A stretch of DNA of 63,672 bases, filler included. It is 8 parts of 8 records of this genome, joined end to end, with 100 filler letters (N's around TTAATTAATTAA, not from the genome) between each part and the next. Parts side by side here need not be neighbours in the genome. Positions count along the whole stretch, not along the records: positions 13,215 to 29,981 come from SRR31156797_23220; positions 30,082 to 36,768 come from SRR31156797_23226; positions 36,869 to 43,736 come from SRR31156797_23236; 5 more parts are not named here. One strand, given 5' to 3'. This document shows, piece after piece, positions 28,728-38,876 of the stretch. How positions within the stretch are numbered: position 1 is the stretch's first letter; each line of letters starts with the position of its first letter. The position numbers were made by a program, and so were the translations under genes. The notes beneath the pieces were generated by a model. It was not told where the DNA came from. It did no database searches and worked only from the letters and a program-made list of their open reading frames with translations.

Positions 28728-28826
28728 GTTGTTCTGTAAATATGTCGGAGCGAGTATTACGGAGCCTTAATTACCCCCCTTCAAAGATGAGAAGCCATAA
28801 AACATTTAATACGCATAGCGATTTCA

Positions 28827-29552
28827 TTGACGATCTTAATCTTCCCCGCTTTTGGACCGCCAGTGATTGCTTATACAAAAACGATCACCCTGGCGGCCGA
28901 TTTTTTTGAACCATATTACGGGGACAAGTTAGTCAACAATGGATTTGTTTCGGAACTCACAAAAGAAGCACTGAATCGGTCCGGTTATGACGTCACCATA
29001 AAATTCATGCCCTGGAAACGGGCAATAAAATCATGCAGATCAGGGCAATATGCCGGTCTTATGGCCGGCTACTACACCGAAGGACGGAACCGGGACTTCG
29101 CCTATTCAAGGCCCATTGCCAAGGTGGAAGTCATGCTCATGTCCCGGAAAGGAGCCAACATCACCTATACAACCCTGGAAGACCTCAAACCTTACAGGAT
29201 CGGAGTTATCCAGGGATATGTCAACTCAGAGGCCTTTGATTCGGCTGATTTCTTGAACAAGGAGCCGGTGATAAGAAACGAGCTGAACCTTATAAAACTC
29301 GTAAACAATCGGGTGGACCTGATTATCAACTCACGGTTCGTTCTCCTGCATATCCTCAACACTGAAATGAAAGACATTGCCCAACAGGTCGAGTTTGTCG
29401 AACCGCCACTTCAGGTCAATACGATTCACATCATGTTTTCACGGAAAAATCCAAACCATGCCATCTATGTAAACGCCATAAACAGTGGGTATGAGGCAAT
29501 CAAAACCGACGGCACCCTTGATCAAATTTTGACACGCCATGGTTTCAAATAG
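28827..29552 (+). CDS. Family-3-like periplasmic substrate-binding protein, start possibly frameshifted
   Basis: FEPYY, FMPWKRA, LEDLKPYRIGVIQGY, IKTDGTLDQIL. Confidence 0.82.
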   Translation: MTILIFPAFGPPVIAYTKTITLAADFFEPYYGDKLVNNGFVSELTKEALNRSGYDVTIKFMPWKRAIKSCRSGQYAGLMAGYYTEGRNRDFAYSRPIAKVEVMLMSRKGANITYTTLEDLKPYRIGVIQGYVNSEAFDSADFLNKEPVIRNELNLIKLVNNRVDLIINSRFVLLHILNTEMKDIAQQVEFVEPPLQVNTIHIMFSRKNPNHAIYVNAINSGYEAIKTDGTLDQILTRHGFK

Positions 29553-29606
29553 GTGCCGTGCTCTATTTTTTCCGGTAACGCCCGGGCGGCTTATGGTTTC
29601 CCTGAA

Positions 29607-29981
29607 TCACTCCCCGTTTCTGATGACACCGGCCAGTTTCTTGATGGTTGCATCGATGGTGTCCACATCGCACATGGTGTAGTTCAACCGCATGGTTTCA
29701 ATGCCTTCCCCGGGATCGGTGTAGAAGAACCGGCCCGGCACAAAGGCGATGTTATTTTCCACGGCCCGGTGATAAAGGGTCATCATATCATATCCCTCGG
29801 GCCCCCTCACCCAGAGGAACATTCCCCCGTCCGAGGGCGAACAGGCGAAATCTTCAGGAAAATATTTCTGGATGGCCGCAAGCATGGCTTCCTGCTTTGG
29901 CTTGTAAAGGGCCTTGATCACGGGAAGATGGGCTTTCATATATCCCCCGGACAGGTATTCGGCGGCCAGGGCCTGGTTAAA
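29607..29981 (-). CDS. PLP-dependent aminotransferase class I/II, C-terminal part
   Basis: GGMFLWV, AFVPGRFFY, TMRLNYT; frame open to contig edge. Confidence 0.88.
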   Translation of the reverse strand, partial: FNQALAAEYLSGGYMKAHLPVIKALYKPKQEAMLAAIQKYFPEDFACSPSDGGMFLWVRGPEGYDMMTLYHRAVENNIAFVPGRFFYTDPGEGIETMRLNYTMCDVDTIDATIKKLAGVIRNGE

Positions 29982-30081
29982 NNNNNNNNNNNNNNNNNNN
30001 NNNNNNNNNNNNNNNNNNNNNNNNNTTAATTAATTAANNNNNNNNNNNNNNNNNNNNNNNNNNNNNNNNNNNNNNNNNNNN
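29982..30081. other. Artificial contig spacer
   Basis: N44-TTAATTAATTAA-N44. Confidence 0.99.
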
Positions 30082-30084
30082 ACA

Positions 30085-30354
30085 ATGGCTCATAAAAAAG
30101 CTGGTGGTAGTTCCAGAAACGGTCGCGATAGCGCCGGACAAAGACGTGGCGTGAAGCGTTTTGGTGGTCAGGAAGTTCTGGCTGGCAACATCCTCGTTCG
30201 TCAGCTCGGCACCAAATTTCACCCTGGCGAAGGCGTTGGCATGGGCAAGGATTACACCTTGTTCGCTCTGGTCGACGGTCTCGTCAAGTACGAGAAGTAC
30301 ACACGCAAGAAGGTCGTCAAGACCCGCGTGCATGTACTGCCCGCCGAGGCCTAG
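30085..30354 (+). CDS. rpmA: 50S ribosomal protein L27
   Basis: [16 protein letters not shown]. Confidence 0.99.
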   Translation: MAHKKAGGSSRNGRDSAGQRRGVKRFGGQEVLAGNILVRQLGTKFHPGEGVGMGKDYTLFALVDGLVKYEKYTRKKVVKTRVHVLPAEA

Positions 30355-30458
30355 TTCTCGTTTTAAAAAATGCATTTCTCGGGCAGGGAGCGTTGCAGAA
30401 CGCTCCCTGCCCGTTTTGCTGTTTTCCCGCCGTCCATATACGGCAGAGGTAATGTCTC

Positions 30459-31484
30459 ATGCGATTTGTAGATGAAGCGACCATCAAGGTCTCGTCCGGC
30501 AACGGCGGCAACGGCTGTGCCAGTTTACGGCGCGAAGCCAACATGCCCAAAGGCGGTCCTGACGGCGGAGACGGCGGTAAAGGCGGCGACCTGATTTTCC
30601 GTGGTTCTTCCCGCCTTATGACTCTGTACGATTTTCGTTTAAAGCGCATGTATGGCGCAAAAAACGGTCAGCAGGGCATGGGCCGTGACCGCTATGGACG
30701 TGCTGCCGAGGATTTGATCGTTGATCTGCCGGTGGGTACCCTCATCTATGAGATCATTGAGGATGAAGACGGAACGATTGAAGAAAAACTCATTGCTGAT
30801 CTGGTGGAAGACGGAACTGAAATCGTCATCTGCCAAGGCGGCAAAGGTGGTCGGGGCAACCTGCACTTCAAATCATCTACAAACCGCACACCACGCTATG
30901 CCGAACCCGGCTTTCCGGGCGAAGAAAAAAAGATACGTCTGGAACTGAAAATTTTGGCGGACGTCGGTTTGCTTGGTCTTCCCAGTGCAGGCAAGTCCAC
31001 GTTCATTTCCAAGATCTCCGCAGCCCGCCCCAAAATTGCGGCATATCCATTCACTACGCTGGTCCCGAATCTTGGGGTCATTGAAGATGACGATTTCAAC
31101 CGCATGGTCATCGCTGATATCCCGGGCCTCATCGAAGGGGCATCGGAAGGGCGTGGGCTTGGCATCACCTTTCTCAAACATGTTGAACGAAACCGCTTCC
31201 TCGTGCACATCCTTGCTGCCGAAGATGTCAACCGGGAAAACCCGATTGATGGGTACGACATGCTCAATCAGGAGTTGTGTGAGTATAACGCCGAGTTGGG
31301 GGACAAACCCCAGATCAAAGTCATTAATAAAATCGACACGCTCACTGAAGAAGAATTGGCAGACATGAAAGCCAAAATCGAAGCGACTGGCGAAGAAGTA
31401 TTTTTCATTTCCGCGCTCAACGGTGATGGAGTTGATGAACTTCTCGACAGAATGTGGAAGCAACTCGCAGAACTCAGCGAATAG
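30459..31484 (+). CDS. obgE: GTPase ObgE
   Basis: MRFVDEA, Gly-rich Obg fold, GLPSAGKST, YPFTT, DIPG, NKID. Confidence 0.98.
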   Translation: MRFVDEATIKVSSGNGGNGCASLRREANMPKGGPDGGDGGKGGDLIFRGSSRLMTLYDFRLKRMYGAKNGQQGMGRDRYGRAAEDLIVDLPVGTLIYEIIEDEDGTIEEKLIADLVEDGTEIVICQGGKGGRGNLHFKSSTNRTPRYAEPGFPGEEKKIRLELKILADVGLLGLPSAGKSTFISKISAARPKIAAYPFTTLVPNLGVIEDDDFNRMVIADIPGLIEGASEGRGLGITFLKHVERNRFLVHILAAEDVNRENPIDGYDMLNQELCEYNAELGDKPQIKVINKIDTLTEEELADMKAKIEATGEEVFFISALNGDGVDELLDRMWKQLAELSE

Positions 31485-31591
31485 CCCTTTTCCAAATATT
31501 TTCTACTCCCGCTATCCAAGGAGTCCTCAAATCCGCCTTTGGCGGATTTGTTGTTTTTGGACCTAAAAAAAACACAACAACTAATAATCCA

Positions 31592-31615
31592 ATGTCCATG
31601 TCAACACATGAGCAT
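31592..31615. promoter_or_regulatory. Palindromic operator candidate upstream of the MoSto-like gene
   Basis: ATGTCCATGT-CAAC-ACATGAGCAT, 8 of 10 positions paired. Confidence 0.5.
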
Positions 31616-31695
31616 ATATCCTTTCCTTGTGTTTTTCTCCCGGCCAGGTAGTATTAAAACTCATACAGCCAACAAAGACCCTTGGAGGGACAGAA

Positions 31696-32544
31696 ATGGG
31701 TAAACTTATCAAAGAAAATGACGAAAAAGGCCGCCTGCACATCGACACCCCCCTGCTGGGCGAATCACTTGTTGCAAAAGACTTGCTCAAACGCACTGAG
31801 GCCGGTGAATACTTCCGCATGCAACCGGATGTAAACGTGCTTAAAATCGGCGGCCAGTCCATCATGGACCGTGGCGCAAAAGCATTGTTCCCCATCCTTG
31901 AGGAATTAGTGAAAGCCAAGGAAAAACACAAAATTCTGCTCATGTGCGGCGGCGGAACCCGTGCACGCCACGTCTATAATATTGGCATTGATCTGGGTAT
32001 GCCCACGGGAGTGCTCTCCAAACTCGGCGACAAGGTTTCAGCTCAGAACGCTGAAATGCTTTCTGTTCTCTTGGCAAAACATGGCGGGGCCATGATCGGT
32101 CATGGAGCTCACCTTGAACAGTTGCACATGTATTGCCAGCAAGGATACCTGCCCATCACCACTGGTATTCCGCCTTATGGATTCTTTGAACATCCGGCAG
32201 AAATCGGCTCAATCCCGCCGCACCGCACCGACTCGGGCGCCTGCCTGCTCGCCGAAAACATCGGAGCCAAGTCCCTCATCTATCTGAAGGACGAAAAAGG
32301 CATGTACGAGAACGATCCCAAAAAAGGCAACCGGGACACCATGAAGTTCTTCGACAAAATCCACGTGGATGAACTCATTGAAATGGATCTTGACGACCTC
32401 ATTGTTGAGCGTCCGGTCCTGACTTTCCTTAAAAATGCCAAAACACTTAAATCATTTCAGATTATCGACGTCCTTCGCCATCCAGAACACCTGCACGCCG
32501 CATTGGAAGGCGAACACGTCGGGACTATTATTTACAAGGATTAA
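31696..32544 (+). CDS. Molybdenum storage protein (MosA/MosB)-like, amino-acid-kinase fold
   Basis: GGAGG RBS then ATG 31696; KIGGQSIMDRG, GTRARHVY, PPY, IPPHRTDSGA, GEHVGTII as in Azotobacter MoSto subunits. Confidence 0.85.
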   Translation: MGKLIKENDEKGRLHIDTPLLGESLVAKDLLKRTEAGEYFRMQPDVNVLKIGGQSIMDRGAKALFPILEELVKAKEKHKILLMCGGGTRARHVYNIGIDLGMPTGVLSKLGDKVSAQNAEMLSVLLAKHGGAMIGHGAHLEQLHMYCQQGYLPITTGIPPYGFFEHPAEIGSIPPHRTDSGACLLAENIGAKSLIYLKDEKGMYENDPKKGNRDTMKFFDKIHVDELIEMDLDDLIVERPVLTFLKNAKTLKSFQIIDVLRHPEHLHAALEGEHVGTIIYKD

Positions 32545-32563
32545 CAGCCTCTTCATACAACAA

Positions 32564-32597
32564 AAAAAGGCCGGAAGCATACGCTTCCGGCCTTTTT
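32564..32597. terminator. Bidirectional intrinsic terminator
   Basis: AAAAAGGCCGGAAGC-ATAC-GCTTCCGGCCTTTTT between convergent genes. Confidence 0.9.
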
Positions 32598-32610
32598 CAC
32601 GTCAGGCAAA

Positions 32611-32817
32611 CTATTTCTTTTCGCCTTCCGCCCCTTTGCCGTCGCGGGTGAGATACACAACCTCAGCTCCAACGTGTTCGGCAATCTCAGTCAGTTCCAC
32701 CTTGCGAATACGCTTAGCGTAAATTTTCAAATCACCACCCTGAACTCCGACAACGCGGAAACGAGGCTTTTTTTCACCTTTGTCTGACCTGCGACGCTCT
32801 CTGACAAATATTTTCAT
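32611..32817 (-). CDS. Small basic hypothetical protein
   Basis: 68 aa; AAGGAG RBS; divergent from PadR. Confidence 0.75.
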   Translation of the reverse strand: MKIFVRERRRSDKGEKKPRFRVVGVQGGDLKIYAKRIRKVELTEIAEHVGAEVVYLTRDGKGAEGEKK

Positions 32818-32909
32818 AGCTTACTCCTTGGCATTGTGCCTTTGTGGATAATTGACTATACTAGATATATATCCTTAAAGCACATAGAGTCAAGAAGGAC
32901 CTTGCAAAA

Positions 32910-33254
32910 ATGTCAAAAAAAGTTGGTGGCGCCAAGCCACAAAGATACGTCCAGCCCTCCCTGCTCATGGCTTTGAGCAGCGGCCAGTCATACGGATATC
33001 AATTAATTCACTCTATTGGAGAATACGGTTTTCTGCGCGGAGACGCCCCTCCGGGCATGATATACCGCCACCTGCGTCAAATGGACGAAGAAGGCCTCGT
33101 CACCTCAGAATGGGACGCAGAAGGAGATGGCCCTGCCAAGCGGGTCTACGCCATCACGCCAGAAGGATTGGAAATCCTCGACGCATGGATTCATCACATG
33201 GAAAAACAGCGAGATCGACTCGACAGCTTTATTGCGCGGTACCGGCAAAAGTAG
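32910..33254 (+). CDS. PadR-family regulator
   Basis: SYGYQL, PGMIYRHLRQMDEEGLV, GPAKRVYAITPEG. Confidence 0.93.
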   Translation: MSKKVGGAKPQRYVQPSLLMALSSGQSYGYQLIHSIGEYGFLRGDAPPGMIYRHLRQMDEEGLVTSEWDAEGDGPAKRVYAITPEGLEILDAWIHHMEKQRDRLDSFIARYRQK

Positions 33255-33999
33255 CGGGGATTTCCTTTTTCATACCCGGCCCATGCTTTTTCTTACGTTT
33301 GCCGTGAGCAGTCTCCCAGACTCCATGCTGCACGTTGCGTAATTGGAGCATGGGTTGGCCTGCCCAAAGCGAAGGACGAATCCAGTTGGCATCAATCACC
33401 ACGTCTTCAGGTTGCGGGACCAACGGATCACGGTCGACCGACACGACACTGATTCCGGCGTCTGTCAGGTCGTGGACACGTAGACGTGCAGGTAAATCAC
33501 GAAGCACGCCGTATTCGATGAAGCGCCCACACCAACCGTATTTGGTCAGTCCTACAGCAGCAAGTGCACCGATGATGCCATCATTCGTACCACCCAGTCC
33601 GTAGAGTTCGATGTCTCCAGCCGTCTGCATGGCATCCTTCTGGGTCACTCTCCGGCTTGTAACCAATTGGCCATATGCGACGACATCCGAGGAGATATCT
33701 GATTCCTGAACAAGGCACAGCCCCGGATCACTGCCGGGTGCACAATGAATTTCAAGATGTTCTATCGCCAAACGCCGTAAAGTTTCGATAGAGGCTGCTT
33801 CAGCCATATCAACTATAGCGCAGGCTGAACTGTTATTTGATGTAAACGGAATATTGTCGAGACGGGGAAGCTGATGCCGAACGATACCCTTCAAGGAAAA
33901 CCCTTCGGGCAGTCTGTAACCGAATTCCCGCACCAAGCGGCCTGTTCCCATAGGCGCATCGTGATCATCCGTATCGTCGAAACCAAGATATATCCGCAC
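33229..33999 (-). CDS. Protein resembling the N-terminal domain of TiaS, function unknown
   Basis: GGAGG then GTG 33999; YLGFDDTD, RHQL...IPFTSNNSSAC, SDPGL, GIIGALAAVG. Confidence 0.75.
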   Translation of the reverse strand: MRIYLGFDDTDDHDAPMGTGRLVREFGYRLPEGFSLKGIVRHQLPRLDNIPFTSNNSSACAIVDMAEAASIETLRRLAIEHLEIHCAPGSDPGLCLVQESDISSDVVAYGQLVTSRRVTQKDAMQTAGDIELYGLGGTNDGIIGALAAVGLTKYGWCGRFIEYGVLRDLPARLRVHDLTDAGISVVSVDRDPLVPQPEDVVIDANWIRPSLWAGQPMLQLRNVQHGVWETAHGKRKKKHGPGMKKEIPATFAGTAQ

Positions 34000-34292
34000 A
34001 ATCAGCCTCCATTTATGCTGTTGCGGGCACAATTCCACAACTCATACAGGGAGGCAAGCGGTGTTTTCCTGCGTCGGAAATGACACTGATAAAGAAGGAA
34101 TCAGGCGAGAACCAAACGATACAGGGCACGTTCGTAACAAAGCGTCATCTTTGATGCAGCGCGATGTGCCACACCTAATGTGCGCAATCTGCAATAGACA
34201 TGCAAAGGATTGAAGGCGTGTTGCAGCCGGGAACGTAATCCTGTCATGCCTTTCTTATCGACACATGCAACTATTTGATTAGGGGGAGGCCG

Positions 34293-35459
34293 TTATGCCT
34301 TAATATTTTTCACACCCAACAGAGCCAGCAGCAAAATAGCAAAGGCGCACACCACCCCTCCGTAAAAAACAGCATCCATACCGAACAGGGCATAAATCAT
34401 ACCCATAAAAATCGGAGCGATCGTCTGTGCCAGCCGCAAAAGCAATCCATTGGCCGCCATAAACGCGCCCCGTTGCTCCATGGGGGCGATGGAAGTCAAC
34501 ATGGTCATGATGGTCGGGATGTTCAATCCTTGCGCCAAGCCAAAAAAGATTACCGGCACAATAACATGCCACATACCGGGAGCATGAGGCATAAGCACCA
34601 TGGACAGCCCGTAAAAAACAGAAGCGGCGGCCAAAAGAACCCGTTGTCCAAACCGTTCCGCAAGCCTGCCGAGTTGAAAGGACGCTATGCCGCTAAAGCC
34701 TGAAGCAACCAGAAAGACCATGCCGATGGAGGCAGGAGAAGCCCCGTACCGAGTGTCCAGTAACAAGGGAAGATATGTTACGATGGGGCCGTAGAGAATG
34801 ACGAACGTCAACAAGGTTGTCGCAAACAGCGAAAGGACTTGTCGCGTCTTCATCTGACGCAGTGCGTCCGTCATGTAATCCTTGAGACTGCCTGCACTTT
34901 TCGGTTCAGGAGCGTCCATATTAAGAATGATGGCGACACCAAGAGGGATAGCCAGCAAGGGAAGTAAAAAAGGATAATTCCAGCCAAGCAGAGCCAACAC
35001 TCCACCTAGAGCCGGAAACCCCGCTGTTCCCATAGCGAGGACAGATGCGTTGTAGCCCATGGCCTGACCGCGTTCCCTGCCCTGATACATATCTCCGATC
35101 ATGGTTCCGTAAATAACGCCTAACGGCGCGGCTCCCATACCCTGTAAAAAACGCAGAACAAGCAATTGTTCAATATTCTGCGCAAAAAAACAGGCACAAC
35201 CAAAACCGCCGAAGACAAAAAGTGAAGGAATCAGGATGGCCTTACGTCCAACTCGATCCGCCATAATGCCAACCACTGGCGCAAAAAGTACGCCGGGCAA
35301 AGTAAAAACCGAAATAACCAGCCCAATCTTGGCCGGAGTAAACTGCAATCCGGTGATGATATCCGGTAAAGCCGGAATAATGCTTGAGACACCGAGTACC
35401 GCCATCAGCGTGACGCCAAAGACGAACTGCAAATTTTTGTCGAGATATATTTTTCGCAT
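34293..35459 (-). CDS. MFS transporter (DHA1-like)
   Basis: GIMADRVGRK motif A, LRFLQGMG; about 12 TM helices. Confidence 0.92.
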   Translation of the reverse strand: MRKIYLDKNLQFVFGVTLMAVLGVSSIIPALPDIITGLQFTPAKIGLVISVFTLPGVLFAPVVGIMADRVGRKAILIPSLFVFGGFGCACFFAQNIEQLLVLRFLQGMGAAPLGVIYGTMIGDMYQGRERGQAMGYNASVLAMGTAGFPALGGVLALLGWNYPFLLPLLAIPLGVAIILNMDAPEPKSAGSLKDYMTDALRQMKTRQVLSLFATTLLTFVILYGPIVTYLPLLLDTRYGASPASIGMVFLVASGFSGIASFQLGRLAERFGQRVLLAAASVFYGLSMVLMPHAPGMWHVIVPVIFFGLAQGLNIPTIMTMLTSIAPMEQRGAFMAANGLLLRLAQTIAPIFMGMIYALFGMDAVFYGGVVCAFAILLLALLGVKNIKA

Positions 35460-35468
35460 GAAATCCGG

Positions 35469-36638
35469 CTAAATAGCTGCGTCGAGCAACATGTTGTCCC
35501 GATGGACTGCCTCGTCAAAGGCAAGAGGACCGAGGATGGGGGCGAGTTCGTCCGTGTGTTTTCCCTTAATGCGGGTAAGTTCGTCAGCCGAAAAATTGGA
35601 CTGCCCCACGCCAAGTTCTTCACCTTCGAGTGTCTTGATGAAGACCAAAGCACCACGTTCAAAGCACCCGTCCACGGCACTGATACCGATAGGCAGCAAA
35701 GATTTCCCCTTGGTCAAAAGTGCGTTGGCTGCACCCTTATCAACCAGAATGGAGCCAGCCGGATCATCATGATAGGCGAGCCAGAATTTCTTGCTGGAAA
35801 CGACATGTTCACGTGGCAGAACAAGCGTTCCCTTGTTTTCACTTTCCAGTGCGGCCACAATATCAAACTCGCCCTTACCTGACACAATAAAGGTCGGCAC
35901 ACCCAATTGAGCGGCGCGGCGTGCGGCACGAAGTTTAGAATACATGCCTCCGGTACCAACGGAGGTTTTACCGTCACACATGGATTCCAGGTCGAGAGCG
36001 CATATATTTTCGATGGTCGGCATGGACTGTGCGTCCGGGTTGTTTTCTGGATTTTTGTCGAACACCCCGTCAGCCGATGTTAGATTGATAAACAAATCGG
36101 CACCGACCAATCCCAGACACATCGCGCCCAGAGTATCGTTATCTCCAAACTCCAACTCGCGCGTGGAAACCGTATCATTCTCATTGACGATGGGGATTAC
36201 TCCCCACTCAAGCAACCGCTCCATCGTGTTCCTCGCATTGAGAAACCGACGGCGAAACTTGAGGCCACTTCGGGTAAGCAGCATCTGCGCTGTGACCTTT
36301 CCATGAGCAGCAAAGGCTTCGTCATAGTCGTGCATCAGTCGCCCCTGGCCAATGGCCGAAGCGGCCTGACGCGTTGCCATGTCTTTATAATCCTTGCCAT
36401 GTTTGCAAGCATTATCTGCAATACGCTGTCGACCGGCTGCGACTGCGCCGGACGTAACAAGAACCACGTCCATACCGCTGTCGCTCAATTCGGAAAGTTG
36501 TTTCGCCAATCGTTCAATGGCATCAGGATTCAACCCGTGCCCTGTCGTGACCACGGCAGAACCAACCTTGACCACTACACGCCGGGCTTTGCCAAGCAGG
36601 GAGTGTCTGTTTACATCATTCTTCGTCATGGGGGGCAC
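35469..36638 (-). CDS. proB: Glutamate 5-kinase
   Basis: VVKVGSA, VTSGAVAAG, IVNENDTV, FGDNDTL, GTGGMYSK, C-terminal PUA domain. Confidence 0.97.
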   Translation of the reverse strand: MPPMTKNDVNRHSLLGKARRVVVKVGSAVVTTGHGLNPDAIERLAKQLSELSDSGMDVVLVTSGAVAAGRQRIADNACKHGKDYKDMATRQAASAIGQGRLMHDYDEAFAAHGKVTAQMLLTRSGLKFRRRFLNARNTMERLLEWGVIPIVNENDTVSTRELEFGDNDTLGAMCLGLVGADLFINLTSADGVFDKNPENNPDAQSMPTIENICALDLESMCDGKTSVGTGGMYSKLRAARRAAQLGVPTFIVSGKGEFDIVAALESENKGTLVLPREHVVSSKKFWLAYHDDPAGSILVDKGAANALLTKGKSLLPIGISAVDGCFERGALVFIKTLEGEELGVGQSNFSADELTRIKGKHTDELAPILGPLAFDEAVHRDNMLLDAAI

Positions 36639-36768
36639 GGTACAGCAACATCATAGGTTTGAAAAGTGTTCGCTTTGAGCAGCGGGCCTGAAGAACGAAG
36701 AATAAATGACGTCTTTTTTGGTGTGCGCCTGATAGCGCACCTAAGAGCCTGTACGCGGCTTTACTGCC

Positions 36769-36868
36769 NNNNNNNNNNNNNNNNNNNNNNNNNNNNNNNN
36801 NNNNNNNNNNNNTTAATTAATTAANNNNNNNNNNNNNNNNNNNNNNNNNNNNNNNNNNNNNNNNNNNN
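36769..36868. other. Artificial contig spacer
   Basis: N44-TTAATTAATTAA-N44. Confidence 0.99.
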
Positions 36869-37154
36869 CCTCACCATCAAGACTTCCATACTCAATACCA
36901 TGATCAAGACTTGCCACACAGATCACAATTTCCTTTGCCGTGGATATTCTTGCATGAGGTATTGCGATCCCTGAACCTATTCCGGTAGATCCATGAGATT
37001 CTCTTTCATTTATAGATCTGACTATTTCATCTGAGCTTATCCCTGAACTTTTTTCGATCTCAACACTTATTTTTTTAAAAGCATCGCTCTTATCTAATGC
37101 CTTAAGACCACATATGACTAGTTCCTTTTTCAGGTAGTTCTCAAGTCTGCACAT
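36869..37154 (-). CDS. ptsN: PTS IIA(Ntr)-like protein, truncated by contig edge
   Basis: ERESHGSTGIGSGIAIPHAR; directly downstream of rpoN. Confidence 0.88.
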
Positions 37155-37157
37155 TAA

Positions 37158-38675
37158 TTAGCCTCCGACAGAAAATCTGTAGTTTCTCTTTCTTTCTCTG
37201 GCAAGTGGAATTTTCATTTTTGATCTGTATTTTGCAACGGTCCTTCTCGCAATTGATATTCCTTCACGGCTTAAAATGTGAGCAATATCTTCATCAGAAA
37301 AAGGATTTTCTCTGTTCTCTTTCTCTATTATCTCTCTGATCCTCTGTTCAAGCCTTCTATTTGTGGTCATATTGTCATTGACCTGCTTAACAAAGAAATA
37401 TTTCAGCTCAAATATTCCATGAGGAGTTTCAGCATATTTTCCATTTGTAAGTCTGGAAACTGTTGCCTGGTGTCTATCTATATCCTCGGAAACATCCTTT
37501 AAAGTCAATGGCTTCAAGAACTTATCGCCAAGCTCAAGAAAATCTTTCTGATAGGAAAAAATACTTGCCGCTACTTGATAAAGGGTTCTGTTCCGCTCAC
37601 TTATACTTTTTATTATCCACTCTGCATTACGATATTTTTCACGCATGAACTTCTTTTCTTTTCTGGTCGCTGCACGCTTAATTTCTTTTTCAAAAACGGT
37701 CTTGTTAAGAGTGACCGTTGGAAGAAGTCTGTTCTCTATCTGGACAATGACCTCCCCACTTACTAAAAAAACTTTAAGATCAGGTTTTACAAACTCAGTT
37801 CTTACTGTTTCATATCCAAAAGATGGAAATGGAGAAATGCTGTTCCTTAAAGTAAAGAGAATGTTCTGAAGTGTTTTTGTGTCAACCTCAAGCCTTTCAC
37901 AGAGCTCATCGAACTTCTTCGCGACAAGCATATCCAGCACATCACTATTTTCCAGAAGAATTTTCAAAGTTTCTCTAAGTTCAGACGGGATCTTTACATA
38001 ATCTGAGTCTATAAACATAAACCTCAGATAATCCTGCATATTTGAACAACCGCAACCAGGAGGATCAAAATTCTTTATTAGCTCTCGAGCCTTACTCACT
38101 GATTCAATATTGCTTCCGGTTATATCTGCAATATCCTCATCATCATCTGCAAGAAAACCTTTTTCATCAAGGTCATAGACCATATATATCATTATTTCAC
38201 GTATCTCTTGAGGATGGTCAGAACCTGAGATCTGCACATCAAGATACTCTTCGAAACTTTCTTTTGCCGGAAGATGATTCTCAAAACTGTAGTCATCTGT
38301 GTAACCACTTTTTTTTCTGACATTCATTTCACCAAAACTGTTCCCTGAACTTTCTCTAACTTGAGACCAGTCAAAATCATTAAGAATATCACTCACATGT
38401 CTTTCATCATCACCTGTTTTAAGATCTGCAACGACATCACTTTCATTAGCTCCGTCAACAACAGAACTCTCTCTTCTATCAATGTTTATAGAATCCGGTT
38501 CATCTCCCCACTCCTGGATCTCAAGAAACGGATTTTGTTCCACTTCTGTAAGCATCATTTCCCTGAGTTCGATAGAATTCTTCAGCAGCATTTCAATGCT
38601 TTGACGCATTTGCTGAGTCATCTTAAGCTCTTGCTTTTGCGAAAGCTTCTGTTGTAGTTGAACTCCAGGTACCAT
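37158..38675 (-). CDS. rpoN: RNA polymerase sigma-54 factor
   Basis: Gln/Leu-rich region I, LKPLTLKDV, RpoN box ARRTVAKYR. Confidence 0.97.
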   Translation of the reverse strand: MVPGVQLQQKLSQKQELKMTQQMRQSIEMLLKNSIELREMMLTEVEQNPFLEIQEWGDEPDSINIDRRESSVVDGANESDVVADLKTGDDERHVSDILNDFDWSQVRESSGNSFGEMNVRKKSGYTDDYSFENHLPAKESFEEYLDVQISGSDHPQEIREIMIYMVYDLDEKGFLADDDEDIADITGSNIESVSKARELIKNFDPPGCGCSNMQDYLRFMFIDSDYVKIPSELRETLKILLENSDVLDMLVAKKFDELCERLEVDTKTLQNILFTLRNSISPFPSFGYETVRTEFVKPDLKVFLVSGEVIVQIENRLLPTVTLNKTVFEKEIKRAATRKEKKFMREKYRNAEWIIKSISERNRTLYQVAASIFSYQKDFLELGDKFLKPLTLKDVSEDIDRHQATVSRLTNGKYAETPHGIFELKYFFVKQVNDNMTTNRRLEQRIREIIEKENRENPFSDEDIAHILSREGISIARRTVAKYRSKMKIPLARERKRNYRFSVGG

Positions 38676-38876
38676 CTAGTCCTCATAAATCCAAATCGTG
38701 GTGAGTATAATCCAATTTCTGAAGCTTGGCAAGATATTTGCTTAAGTATTGTAACCGCCCGTAATAATTAGATAGAGATCGGTTAGAATAACAATTAAAA
38801 AACTTCTTTACAATATACAGGCTTATGGTTATAATGCCTACCGCTTTTCAAGTTTTTTTACTAAAGGATTGAAAAC

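Noticed and set aside
34155-34171. Sigma54 promoter on the minus strand (TGGCAC-ATCGC-GCTGC)
   Set aside because: GG-to-GC spacing is one base too long
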